This document shows positions 1 through 13,200 of a DNA stretch of 64,000 nt, piece after piece (the first letter of the stretch is position 1; the number at the start of each line of letters is the position of its first letter). Position numbers and translations under genes: made by a program. The notes under the pieces are model-generated. The model made no database searches and had not been told where the DNA came from. It saw nothing but the letters and a program-made list of their open reading frames with translations. The DNA comes from Camelus dromedarius (taxonomy: Eukaryota), in NCBI RefSeq assembly GCF_036321535.1, contig NC_087437.1:67086001-67150000 (forward strand), given 5' to 3'.

Positions 1-1179
1 CTGTGTGTAAAGCTGAACCCCAAATCATTCTCCCCCGAGCACTTCTTCCGCCTCTATTTCCTATTTTAGTAAATGGTCCTACCAGTGGCCTACCCAGAGT
101 ACTCAATAACCAGAGTAGATTATTTTTAAACACCCTCCTTTTCTTTATGTCAAACTTATTTTCAGTAGTAATCATGAAATGATTTTTCCTCCTTGTATAC
201 ATATGATCATGCCAGCCACAAAATAAATATTACAATACAAAATGAAAACTTACAAATTATAGTAATAGAATTATATTGATATAATAATTGAAAAAAGAGG
301 GAAAATATGTGAAGAAACACTTATAAAGAGTGAGTTCTGCAAGGTTCAGAGTGGCTCACAGGTAGGACAGAACTGAAATAACTCAAGTTGTGTTTCTTCC
401 TTTACAATCACTGTGATAATCACTGTTTATTTAGAATCTACTCTTCAAACACTGGACTCTGTAGTTGGAGACAGAAACTGCAGCTGAAGCGAGCTCCAAC
501 TCTTTCAAATAAACACGTATTGCAGGCTGGGCCATGTAATTACATACATGTAAATCCCATAGAATTAGGGATTTCTGGGAAATAACTTCCCTGTGGAATA
601 TAATGTTTATTAAAGGATAAGTAGTAGAAATGTGCTAATGAAAAGTTTACATAAACATTTTATTACTAAAACTTAACAGTACCCATGACAATTGTTTAGT
701 ACTTAGACCAACACATTTTCTGAGGGAGTAATTTATTAATGATGTTGTTTAGAATTACTGGTTCATGGTGACAGTAAGAAGCAAACTGACTTCTGTCAGC
801 TCTATTGTTACTTCTCAGTTGGCTGTAAACTGCACCCCAGTGTCGTCCAGCTCACTCCCATGCCCCTACTGCTCTGTGGGAGCTGGCTGTCCACACAGTC
901 ACCTCAAACCAGAAGCCTTAGAATCATTTTAAAAAATCCCTTTGCTTCTGTGTTTGTTTGTTTGGTTTTTTTTTGAGTTCACTTTGTTATTCTTTTTTTT
1001 TAAACTTTTTCATTAATTCATTATTTTTGAGACTTTCTTTTTGCAAACATGAACATTTTTGGCAAATTCCCCTTTACCACTTTAAAAAATAGCTTTGGTC
1101 TTTTAGAGGTATCATTTATATACAGTAAAATCGACCCCTTTCCCAGTGTACTGTGCTGTGAGTTTTAAAGAATGAATAT

Positions 1180-1730
1180 GGTGTGGGGGTGTGAAAGGGC
1201 CTGCGCACCTGCACCACCTGGTGTTGGGGTCGGGAGGCTCAGTGCGGGGCTTCGTGACCAGAGCCAGCTGTTGGGAGCACAGGTCCCATGGTGAGCGCCA
1301 GCAACTCTTTCCAGAAAAGCCCAAGACCAGCCACATCTCGGCAGGAACCAGCCCAAGGAAGAGAGCCACCCTGTACCTGACAGCAACACCCAGATTGAGG
1401 CCCTCTTCTCCCCCACGCCAGGAGGGTCTTGTGAGCCCCCTTGTGTACCGTCTCCTTTGACCTTCCTGGATAAGGGAAAGGGGGGACGTGGAGCTCCAAG
1501 AGTCTGTCCCAAAGATGCTGAGTCCTTCCAAGGGGACCACTTAAACCAGCAATTTTGTCAAGTCAGATTTCGAATTGATAAATGTTTAAGCTGGAGGGTT
1601 GTTTAAACTGGAAGAGATGGAATATTGCTGATTACAAATCTGTTTTCCCACTTCCACTAGGATGGGGCTCCTACAGATGATTAAATCATGTGGAAATGAA
1701 AGAGGTTGCATTTTCTTTGCTCGACTGAAT
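1180..1730. mobile_element. GC-rich block, probably an ancient LTR (family not identified)
   Basis: Abrupt GC-rich segment after a short L1 3' fragment, with no splice-consistent ORF or recognisable protein. Confidence 0.3.
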
Positions 1731-2545
1731 GTTTCAAACATAAATCTGTAATATTTGATCACAAAAACTTACCTTTGTTAAAAGTAGATGTGTAACCCTA
1801 TTATGTGATAATAGAAGTAACATAATAAATGCCTGGGAATAAGGTCAGAAATAGATAAACCAACAGATTTCATTTCTGAGAAGTGACATGATGGGTGATT
1901 TTTCTTTCTCCTTTCTTTTTGTTTTTTCCTCCTAAATTGTCTGAAATAAATAATATACTTTAGTGCTAGGAGAAATAAGTGCTATTAAAAATAAGAAATT
2001 AATCTGCCATCAAAACTAATAATTTCTTTATTGAAAGTATATGCATTGTTTTACAGTCTTCTGGTATACATTTATATGTATATATTTGATACAGTACTTT
2101 TTTATAGCATCTATCATATGCTTTTTATCACCTAATATTAGAACTTGATTATTTTTCCTTTTCCTAAATGTTTTTCAAAAGCATTAAAAAATAATTGTAT
2201 GATAGTTTGTTGATGAACCATTTCTCTCTTGTTGGACATTGAATTTGTTTTAAAAATTACATCATTTTAAGTAATCCTGTAATGTAAACAATTCTTTGTA
2301 AATCTTTGCATCTTTGATTGTTTCCTTGGAATAGGTTGCTTAAAATGGTATTACTGTACCAGAAAATAGGAACGGTTTCAAAGTACTAGATATTAGTTTA
2401 ACTTCACTGATCCTTTAAGCCTTGACTCAGGACTGAGCTATATTACCTGGATATAGCCTTTTTGTTCCACACATTTTTTATTTCTTAATAAAAACAACAG
2501 CAGCAGCAATTAAAATATCTACTTGCATATGCATATGTGTGCGTG

Positions 2546-2547
<2 letters not shown>

Positions 2548-2581
<34 letters not shown>
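2548..2581. repeat. (CA)n microsatellite
   Basis: Read directly from the sequence. Confidence 0.97.
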
Positions 2582-2584
<3 letters not shown>

Positions 2585-2930
2585 CTCTTCTATCTAAACT
2601 AGACTTCCAAGTCCATACTCTCCAGAAAATTTAAGACACTTATTATTTGTCTGTTCTCTTTGAGGGACCACTCACTAATTGCTCTCCTGTGAATTCAGCA
2701 AGGATATCAGCTAGGAATGGCTTTGGTAGCCTCTTCTTTGGCAGGGTTGCATTATCCTGGGATGTTATTTCTCACTTATTATTCCATCAGGAGTAACTCT
2801 TGACATGTTTCTCTGAGGAATTCATTGCTGTTTTCTCTGTCTGGAGTGTGGTCCTACCTTCTTGCTGTTTAATTATTCTTCTCTCTATCTTTCCAGGTCT
2901 CATGCAAGACCGAGACTATCTGCAGTCTTT

Positions 2931-3579
2931 CTTTTTTTAAAAAGATTTTTGTTACATATAAATCTAAAAATATTTTAAAAATTGAAGTATAGCTGATGTA
3001 CAATATTGTGTTATTTTCAGGTGTATAGCAAAATGATTCAGTTATATATATATATACATACATATATATATTTTTTCTCGACATAAATCATAGCAATATT
3101 TACTTAGATCAGTCTCTCAAGATAAAAGAAATAAAAGCAAAAATAAACAAATGGGGCCTAATCAAACCTAAAAGCTTTTTCCCAGGAAAGGAAACCATCA
3201 ACGTAACGAAAGGACAACTTACTGAATGGGAGAAAATATTTGCAAACAATGCAGCGGACAAGGGGTTAATACCAAAATATACAACTAGCTCAATATTGAA
3301 GGAACAAATAACCTAATCAAAAATGGTCAGAAGACCTAAACATACATGTCTCCAAAGAAGACATACAGATGACCAACAGGCATATGAAAAGGTGATCAAC
3401 ATCACTAATTGTTAGAGAAATGCAAATTGAAACTACAATAAGGTATCACCTCACACCAGTCAGAATGGCCATCATCAAAAAGTCTACAAATAATAAATGC
3501 TGGAGAGGGTGTGGAGAAGAGGGAACCTTCCTACACTGTTGGTGGGAATGTAAATTTGTGCAGCCACTGTGGAGAACAG
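2931..3579 (-). mobile_element. 5'-inverted L1 (3' end on minus strand, ORF2 C-terminal segment on plus strand)
   Basis: About 2975-3077 is an L1 3' terminus on minus. About 3078-3579 is L1 ORF2 C-terminal coding sequence on plus (aatgcaaattgaaactacaataaggtatcacctcacaccagtcagaatggcc). Confidence 0.85.
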
Positions 3580-5299
3580 ACTTTCCTTTTTAAGTTCTTC
3601 TTTTCTGACCTCCAGTCGCATATATGGTCTGAGTCAGACATCTTACTTAGGGGCTTGGATCTTCTCTAAGCAGATTCCTGTGGCCTACAATTCATGATAG
3701 GGAACATCAAAATTGACTCCCTGTTTAAAGAAAAATCTTCTATGCATTTTTGAGGCCAGATAGCTTAATTGCACTTCTTGCCTACTCCAGACATCACCTC
3801 TATTTTAAGTATAGTCTTTAACATCTAGTGAAGTCTGGTGTGTCCAACTTTATTAGTAAAACAGTCTTCTCTCCCCCACACATATTTTGCAGGTGCCTCT
3901 GTAATCCACAGCATTCAGCAGGAGTAAAATTATTGCTGGGAGGAAGGAAGAGAGATAGCACTCGAAACATATGAAGTGGGATGATGACTTCTATTATGTA
4001 AAGAATCTCATTTGGTGCTTTTGTGTTGCTCACAGTGCTTAACTCCATGCTAAGGACAAAGCTTACCCTTTAATAAATACCTGTTCTGTTTCATTTTCTT
4101 ATTGTAATAATGCCTTTCTGGTAGTTAAGTGTTGAGGAATACCTGTTATAAAATATACTTATTAATCCTACAGGTCACCAGCTCACCTTGTCATTAACTC
4201 AGCTTTTTACTCACTGTACTTAAACCTAGTGTTCTTCATTTTGAATCATTCCAATGGCAGAAGCAATCATGGCTGTCACATGTTTATATTTCTTGATGTT
4301 ACTGTAGTGAGTATGCATGTCTCCCTTTGTAGTAAGTGTTCCTTGTCTTGCTGCTTATAACATTGTCCTTGTTTTCTTCACTGATTGGGGCAAGTTGGAG
4401 ACCAATGTAGTGGTTCCTACAAGATTCCTTGACTCTCATGTAAGTCATCTCTGAGTACACTGTAACAAAGTAAGGGAAGGCAAAAATTAAACTACCAAGT
4501 TTAGACACGAAATATGCCTACGTTCCCCCTTGCTTTTCTTTCTAAAGCATGAATAGTGGTCACAGTGATGTTAATTATGATAGTTTCTGGATTCTGGTTC
4601 ACTGCCACACTTGTCAACTTTGATGTATTTCTCTTCTTCTTTTATGAAACAGTGGTCTTCGTCATTGACAAAGCAAATTGTGAACTTTAATCTTTCCTTT
4701 AGCATGGCTTTGAATTTTTTAAGTCCCATTTCTTATGAAATGTTACAGAGAACTTTGCAGAAATATTTGTGATTCTGAGAAATACAAGAAGAGGGGTGAT
4801 TTGCAAATGATTGTAGAATAAGCAGTGTTAAATTTGTGATTTCCTTTTACTTTTGAATTTCCACTTTTGGATTTTAGTACCTTGGATGTTCGGAGAGCTG
4901 TGCAGCCCCTGCAAATCTCGCTCATTTTGCTATTGGTTTCCTAATCAAATTGAAATATGTAACAGGCTCAGTAGCCCGGAGAAAGTATGAAAGATAAGGA
5001 AATTTGGAGGGTGATGTCCTTCCTTGGAAGTAATGAAAGGTATGCTGGTTTCTTGACCCCTGCTCAAGGTGGTACCAAAACCAGTGGTCCCTTTATTGTA
5101 GCCTGTAGCCAAGCACTTTCCTCTGAAGCCTCTCCTAGCAGTTGACTGCTGTTTCAAAGCAGAAATTACTGTTACTCTGCAAAACAAGGGTGACTAGTAA
5201 TTGCACTGAAAAATCATGTTTGAAATATATTGCTTGTAAAATAAGTGATGATTGGAGGAAACCGGTTCTCTTGTGAGGAATGGAGAATGTGTGGTTAAG

Positions 5300-5455
5300 A
5301 TATATACAAGATCTTGTGGTAGCTCACAGTGAAAAAAAATGCGACAATGAATGCATGTATGTTCATGTATAACTGAAAAATTGTGCTCTACACAGGAATT
5401 TGACACAGCATTGTAAAATGACTATAACTCAATAAAAAATGTTTAAAATAAAAAG
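5300..5455 (+). mobile_element. Short 3' end of a camelid-type L1 interrupting a MIR
   Basis: Ends gacacagcattgtaaaatgactataactcaataaaaaatg plus an A-rich tail. Same family as 35275-35403. Confidence 0.75.
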
Positions 5456-5690
5456 GAGCATGCATAGACTCTGGAAGCAGACTTACTGTATTCAAATTTT
5501 AGCTCTGTCATTTATTTACAGTAATTTGGCAAATCACTCAATCCCTCTATGTCTCCCTTTTCTTATCTGTAAAATAAAGGATTATAGTATATAATAGTAG
5601 TACTTATATAAAGGTTGTAAAGAATGAGCTACTATGTATGAAAAACATAGAATGGTTCTTATTAGCATACAGTAAGTGCCCATTAAAGGG
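5456..5690 (+). mobile_element. MIR SINE
   Basis: agactctggaagcagac...ggcaaatcactcaatccctctatgtctccc...ttatctgtaaaat core, ending acagtaagtgccc. Confidence 0.7.
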
Positions 5691-5835
5691 CTAGACAGTA
5701 TCAGAACTAGTATTATTTTAAAAAGAAATTATCACTTGAGGCTTACTAATATGTAAATGTGTGATGATTTGTGAAAAAGAATCTGTAAAGTAATACCACC
5801 ACATTATGCAAATGTGTAGCAAAGTCACATGATTC

Positions 5836-5836
5836 T

Positions 5837-5884
<48 letters not shown>
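5836..5884. repeat. (TG)n microsatellite
   Basis: Read directly from the sequence. Confidence 0.97.
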
Positions 5885-5885
<1 letters not shown>

Positions 5886-6099
5886 TAGGAGGATCAAGAA
5901 ATGTTAGCTATGGTGGTCAACTGGGGAGCACCCTGTCTAGAAGTATTTAATTTAGACTAAAAGCAAAAAATTCTGGGATCACTAAACCAAACTCATCTGT
6001 CAGCCAAATTTGGTCCATGGATCACCAGTTTGCAAACTCTGGTGTGGAGCAAACATGCATAATGAATAGTTTAGCTCTATAAAAAGACTAAGAATCTGA

Positions 6100-6280
6100 A
6101 ACTATGCAGTCCATTAAACACATGTGGATATTTAAATTATTAAAATTAAAATTCAGTTCCTCAGTCACACTGGCTACAATTCAAGTGCTCAGTAGTCACA
6201 CATGGCTAGTAGCTAACCTGTTGAATAATGCATATATAGAATATTTTCATTACAGAAAGTTCCATTGCATAGAGCTGATC
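6100..6280 (-). mobile_element. MER3/MER33-like hAT-Charlie MITE
   Basis: aaaattcagttcctcagtcacactggctacaattcaagtgctcagtagtcacacatggctagtagcta...cagaaagttccattg matches the reverse of the recalled MER3 consensus. Confidence 0.75.
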
Positions 6281-7384
6281 TAATGGTTTATAAAAATATT
6301 CACTCGTTACCGTCTACCAGCTTATATGTATGTCCAAGAGAAATGTCCAGGCTGAAGGCACTAGAGCAGTAGTATACAGTAGTATTGGATTGAGAGGAAT
6401 TATTTTCTGCTTGATTTTACTTTATAGCTGTTAATCCACTGCCTAGCAGCAGTTTAAAAGTTTGTTTTTGAAATGTTTTTAAGAAAGCTCTTTGTTTGAT
6501 GACTGTAGGCTTCTGGCACTAGGTGAATCTCGTTTGAGGAGAAAATTCAATAGGGTAGAGAAACGGGAAGTGTTATTTTCCCCATTGAACTTCAAAGGAT
6601 ACATTATTCATGCCTTTCCGGGGATAAATGAAAAAGTTGAGTTGGAGTTTATATGTGTTTGCATGTGTGTGTATTTCCACTCACTAAGAAAAATGCATAA
6701 GTGAGAAACTTTAAATATACTCTATAAAATATATAAAATGTGTGTTGTGTTAGAAATTTTTTGCTGTGTCTTATTAATGCTCTGTCTCATGTTGGCAATC
6801 AGTATTGCTATTGCTACAATAATGCTTTTTCATGTATAATGGGAAATAGCACATTTTTAATCATGCAGTGGTGATTTGAGGAATTCTCGCTATGTTAAAA
6901 CAACTGGAGGAAGCTTAAACTGGTGGTGGGGTGATGTAACAAATCAAATTCCTTGGAGCTGTTCAGGTTAGTGTATGGGATTATATTTCTGTTGCCATTC
7001 ATGATACAGCCCACGTGTTACTACTTATATAGAGAAAGCAGAGAGCACAGAGGGAGTGTGCATATGTGCTATGGTTTCTTTAGGAAGAGCTGGTTGCATC
7101 AAATATTATGCGTCAGGGAATTACCTATTTTCCCAGAACAAATCTGCATGTCCATTCCTAACTCAGTAAATATAGGGAAATTCTTTGTGTTTTCTCTCTT
7201 TATTAAGCTTTTGCATTTGTAACTGTCCCCTTACCTCCCAACCTAATCTAATTTATTCTTCTAATTTATTGAAGACTAGAACATACATACCAATTTTTAT
7301 TGGTGAATTAATGTCAGATATTACATTCACATTAAAGTGAGTGTATCCCTTCTCCAAGAGGTGAAGTATGCAGAGGCATATATT

Positions 7385-7680
7385 TGAGATGTGTGCCTTT
7401 TTCTTTATGTCTGTTGTCTTTCAAAAATTTTACATTAAAATATCAGTTATTGCTAATTTTATCTCATCAATAAATGTTGGATTTATTTATTTTTGTAAAT
7501 ATTCTTTTCTAGCTGATCCATCAATTTAAAGAACATTTATTTTTCTTTAATTTTGTTCCTGATTATAAAAATAACAACTATTATAGGTTTTATTAGCTTT
7601 ATTATGTCATTTTCTAATATAAACAGTTAAAGCTATAAATTTTCCTTTAAGCACTAGCTTAGCTGCATCCCAAATATTTC
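7385..7680 (-). mobile_element. Old L1 ORF2 fragment
   Basis: aaagctataaattttcctttaagcactagcttagctgcatccca is a typical antisense L1 ORF2 signature. Confidence 0.65.
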
Positions 7681-7689
7681 AAGGTTCTG

Positions 7690-9470
7690 GAGAAAAACGC
7701 CCATGGCACTCCATGGCAAAGCCAAGGGTTAATTCAAACCTAGCTCATCATTGCCATGGTGAAGGCCCCTAACCCTGGCTTATACTTATTGGAGGCCCTC
7801 TGGTGGGAGAAACTAAAAATATGAGCAGGGCAGAGAGGATCTCTCTGAAGTGTATTAGGAACCACTGAAAAATCCAACAAACTAATACCTGGATATATGG
7901 AAGGAAACAAAAATCTGAATCAGAGATGAACAGTTTGGGCCAATTGAAAATCCAAAATTAGCTAAAAGAATATACATAATGAAAAGAGAAAAAGACACTG
8001 ATTGGCTTTTGCACCTCTACAACATAGGTTTTGAATTAACTTTAACATCTGCTGAAATGCACTTTCATTTCGTGTCTTAATTGATTTGGGGACTCAAATT
8101 ACAATTATACCTCAGAATCCTAATAAATGTAAACAAAATAACCCTATGCATGGGGAGCCTACTAAATTTTAATAAGGTTCCTCCTATGCTCTTAGAGAAA
8201 TTACCAAATATATAATGGAGAACAAATTGGCATGTCTCACCTTACCCATTAGAACCTTGCCTGAATTCCCCATGGTCATAGCATTTATTGCCCTAAAATA
8301 TCTCGTAGTCAGCATGGATGCTCAGACCCAATGACTAATACATTAAATTAAATTATATCTTTGGCACTTACAATTGGCTTGGAAAAATGGAACTTCCTGG
8401 ACTTCTTCCCCACTCCATGATTAAAATAGCTAATACTGCCCGATGTAAATGAAAATAGAGTCTTCAAGAATTAAAGCCCATATATGACCTTTTTAGAGAA
8501 GGAATTTCTCCATTTAACAGCAGAACCTGACCTGTCCTGAACTCAGAGAAAAGGACCAGTGCCTCACAGTGGATTACATAACGTTTGAGCGTGATCATAC
8601 CCATGAAGGCCCCCATTCACAGTATTATTTAAATTACTGACTCCATCTAATCAGCAACTGGTAGTACTTTGCAGTCATAGATTTGGCTGATATGTTCTGT
8701 TCAGAGCCTGTTTCAGCAGCCTCTCAGCTGCAGTCTGCCTTCATCTTTGAAAGGACACAGTAGATTCTGCCCAGCTGTCCGTGGGATCCCTCAGTAGTCC
8801 CACTGTTGCACACAGTCTTTGTGGGTAAGATCTTAACCACATCCAGCTTTCTCCGGAAGCACAAGTGTGACATCACCCTGGTGACATCCTCCTCCGGGGA
8901 GATCCACTTGACATACTCATTCAGGACATACTGATATTCACAAAGGACATGAGCCATTGCCCCACACATAGTGCAGGGCCCTGCTACCTTTGTTAAATTC
9001 CTGAAAATTGATAAGCTGAGAGCCACTCCATCTCTTGACGCTGTCAAGAAGTAGCTAATGGCCCTTTCAGCACCTACAGATGTTAAAATAGGCTCAACAT
9101 CTTTCAGGTCTTTCTGGGTTTTGGAGACAACGTATTTTTCATTAATGAGTTTTACTTAAGCCAGTTTATGCTGTCACTTGCAAACCAGCTCGTCTTAAAT
9201 GGGGCTCCGTACAACAAAAGGCTGTAGAATCTGTCCAGTCGCAATACAATGGCACTATCGTTGGTGCCCCTCCTCCCACCCCAAGACTCTTAGTCCAGAG
9301 GCTTTAGCAACCTCCTCTTATGCATCCTAGAGTCTCTGGACTACTCATAATGGCCACGTGTTGTCCCTAGACTTTTGATGCAATCAACTGCCCTCCTGGG
9401 CTCCACACTGTTTGCCTTTAGATACTGAGATCTGGAAATAGAGGCTCTCATCGGCCTGAGCCATGACCCC
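7690..9470 (+). mobile_element. Degenerate class III (ERVL-like) endogenous retrovirus internal fragment: protease, RT and start of RNase H
   Basis: From 8074: VLIDLGTQITIIPQNP (protease DTG-like motif). From 8665: YFAVIDLADMFCSEPV...AFIFE (RT motif A). After a frameshift: LSVGSLSSPTVAHSLC...V*HHPGDILL (LPQG and YxDD regions). Many stops and frameshifts. Confidence 0.85.
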
Positions 9471-10115
9471 CTGCAGTATCTCAACCTGCAATATTTGTGT
9501 TCAGTTCCCTGCTAACTCTTCTCTACTGAGCTGCGTAGAATCGTACCCTATTGTATCAAGACTGCACAATTTAGTCTTCAGCCAAAGGCTACAGGGGAAT
9601 TCTGTGTAGATATCTGGAGCCTGTTCTTTTTAAAGCTCCTGCTTTCTGGTGACCTACTCCACAAATTCCATCCGCCTCAGTAGCCCCGAACGTAAGTGTC
9701 TACCTCTCAGCTTAGTGAGTCTGCTATGCTGTGCTTTGATTCCACTTCTCTACACTTAAGTCTAGAAGGTGCCTCGAGGCAGAAGGCTGTGACCATCATA
9801 GGGCTCAACTCCTTACAGTCCTGTGTGCCTCTCTTCTAGCTTCTGAAAACATTTGCTTTGTGTATTTTGCTCAGCTTTATAATTATTTAAATACAGTGGG
9901 TGGGAGAGTTTGATACTGTTGAGTCTTTTATGGCTGGTGGTAGAAGTTATAAAATACTTTTTACTAATAGTGGCAACTTTATCCTAACCATTTCAAGAAA
10001 TATCATCAGCCTTCTCCAATGGGGTGCTAATGTTTTAACTGTACTTAGCTTCATTTACATAATCTAGACCAGATGTTTTTACTACAATCACATTTTTATT
10101 TCGTAAATAGCTGTT

Positions 10116-10262
10116 GAGGGAGAGAGGGTATATCTCAGTGGTAGAACGTGTGCTTAGCATGCACAAGGTCCGGGGTTCAATCCGCAGTCCCTCCATTAAA
10201 AACAAAAAAAATAAACCTAATTACCTCCCTTCTTCTACTCCCCCAAAAAACCCCACCAAACT
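10116..10262 (+). mobile_element. Camelid tRNA-Ala-derived SINE (Vic-1-like)
   Basis: A box (tatatctcagtggtaga), B box (ggttcaatcc), tail aataaacctaattacctccc. TSD TAAATAGCTGTT at 10104-10115 and 10263-10274. Confidence 0.85.
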
Positions 10263-13200
10263 TAAATAGCTGTTAAGTTACTTGTAGGTTTTCTGCAGAA
10301 CTTATATTTAATATTACCAGATTCAGTTGTATAAAACTATGGTACATGATTTGTATATTTTATGCTTTACACTTTTCATCTAGTTCAACTCTCAAAATAT
10401 TTCACTAACTTTAAAAAATTTATCTGAATTTTTTATACAGTGTAATTCAATGATCATAAATGGAATGTTTTGGCATTAATTGTAGCCAAGTATCTTTTGT
10501 ATTTTCCCTGTAACAGTAAGTTTTCAAACCTCTTGTATTTAGTTTGAGTTCATGCAGACATTAATACCAATGTTTGATTTTTCTCATTTAGAGAATGTTT
10601 ATTGATGTTTTCATGGGGACTGTGGTCTAATATATTAAAAGTTAAGGAGACATGAAACACAAATAATTGAAATTATTTAAATCACCAATTTGAAACTTCT
10701 CCTCTATAATTTTAATCTCTTTTCATCTAAAAACTTTAACTAAGTTTTCTAGAAATTATTAGAATGGAGTGATTTCATAGTCATTTTCTTTCTCTCCATC
10801 ATCTATCGTTTGGTAAATGTCCAAATGAGTAATGGAATAAATAACAGTGGAAAAGATAAAGAGGCGTACATTTCAAGCTTCTTATTCATAAATACTTGAG
10901 ATTTATTCCTGGGTATTTGAGTTTCTGTCTTTTGTGCAGCAAATCTGATACTGTAGAAATAACACTCAGCTGGAAATTCAGGACTAGCACTAACTGTGAT
11001 TTCAGACCAGTGACTTCCCTGTTGTGGAGTAAGTTTTTCATTTATGAAATAAAGGGATTGGATTAGATGATATTTAAGGTCACTTTCTCCACTTTTAACA
11101 TTCTGTAAAGCTTCAAATAAGAAAACCAAACATTAAAATGACATCTGAGGCCTAGGATTTATCCTAAACCTTTATTTTTACATGAAAATGAAAGAATCTG
11201 TAAACTCTATAGGGAATCTTAAGGGTGGCACATCAAACCATCCAAAATAAATACTTTCAAAGAGACTTTTAATGAAAGCAGAATAGGAGAGCAAGAATCG
11301 CAAATGCCATCTGGTCACTGACTTGATTTCTGAACACGATTTGGGTAACTGATACTTTCAGGAGTGAAAAACTCACTGTAGGTAGAAATAGCGATCACAG
11401 CATACCGTTAAGCCAAATACAACTTGGAAATGAAACTAGTAAATAACATGAGATTGAAACAATCCATACAGTTTAAATGCTTTTTTTTCTTTAAGCTTCA
11501 GTTTAATAAAATTGAGGAACTATTTGTAGACCACTCTTTTATTTAAAAACTAATGCACTAAATGTACCGCCTGCCACTGGATTGGTGGGAGGGTGTCCTT
11601 TTTGTTTGAAGGTGGCTTCAAGGAGAGAAGTGGGGTAAAGGAAGCAGATGATTGGAGATATTTTTGTTAGGAAACTGGGTTGAGAGGGACAGACCTGTGA
11701 CCTCCAATGTCTCTTTTTTTTTTTTGTCATGGGAAAAATGTTTAACCCTTTGAAAATTATTGATAATGTGGCAGTCTTGTTCTTTGCCTCACCTTCCACT
11801 CAACAGCTACTTTTTTGCATGTGGTATTATTAATACTGTTTTTTGGTATCCAGCCTGGGTAACTGATTTTTTCCTCCAAATTCTCAGGTTATATGTATAT
11901 GCGTGTGTGTATGTGTATAGATAGTTAGATGGGTTCTTCTATGGTTATTAATTAATTTAGTCACAAGCCATTCTGCCCCTAGGAGTCTCTTTTCATCTGG
12001 CTGAATCGGAAAACCACGGACTACTTTGAATAGCCGTGGAATTGTCTGAAAGGATTGAATTGAAATGGTATCTAGGTCATAGGGTGCTGGGGGGAGCACC
12101 TTCTTGGGTTCAGAGTATAAGATGGTGTGTGCTGTACGAGGGAAAGTAGTCGGAGTCTAGGGCTGTTGCTGCTTCTAGTCTCCAATTGGAAGGTGTTTTG
12201 GGAAGAGAGAAAAGGAGAGAAGAACTTTAAAAATCATGTGGAAGGAGCATATTAATGTTGGATAAGTCATTATATTAGATCTGACAGTGCTTTACAATGT
12301 TCAAAGCCCTTTAACTGAGAAGTCAGAGGAAGTGCATATTTTCTGGTACGCATTTTGTTTCTTTGTGACTAGATTGGAGCTGGGTGAGTTTCACTCTCAA
12401 AGCTTTACTCTCAGGGAGCAGCTAAATTTTTGCAGAAAAGTGGCAGCTGGGCGGAAAGTTCTCTCTGTCCTGCTTGCTGTCTCCAGTGCACGATCATTTT
12501 TTCTCATGCCAAAGAAAACATCCCTCCACCAGCCTGTCTGGGCTTCCTCTGAAGATCAGGTTGATCAAAATTCAGCTGAAATCCTCTCTGAACCTGAAGC
12601 AGCTCTGGAAGGGCTGGGGGACCAAAGCAGGAGCCCACAGACCTCTGGGCCCTTGTGTGTCAGCCATGGACCACTAGCCAGCCTCAGTCTGTGCTGTTTT
12701 TCCTGGACCTCAGGACTCAGCACTGTCCATGGGCCTGTGGTTCCAGTAGTCATGTTTATTAGAGAAATGCCTCTCAACTTATAACCAGACCTCACAACCA
12801 AAAGCACCTCATCCTGAGAAAGGAGAAATTAAAGTGCGTATCTTCTGCATAACGTTTATCACCGTTGTGTTTAATCAGTTAGCAGCTGTATTTCCACTGG
12901 CTTATATATTCCATGGGGGTAGAAACCATGTCTCTTACATGTTTGCCACTTACACTGGTGCCTGGCATTTTGGTTTGCCGCCTGCATTACTGAGTGTAAA
13001 ATGTGATCAGCCTGGGCTCACATAAGCCTTCGGGCCAAGGTGGGAGCAAGAGGAGCCTGGCTCCCCAGGGCTCCCCAGGCCCCAGCCCCCTGCCTGTGCC
13101 CCTTCACGCCTCCACCCACTGCACACACCACGGCTCTGGCCTCAGCTCCCTTCCCATTCCTAAAAGGAATTGAGTATATTCTTTCCTATTAAACTATTAA

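Noticed and set aside
10116..10200. tRNA-Ala-like gene (also at about 48790-48860 and 55632-55708)
   Set aside because: Followed by the SINE tail and flanked by TSDs, so these are SINE heads, not tRNA genes.
12287..12784. 165-aa ORF in intron 1
   Set aside because: Non-ATG start, no recognisable domain, no convincing splice context; consistent with chance in GC-elevated sequence.
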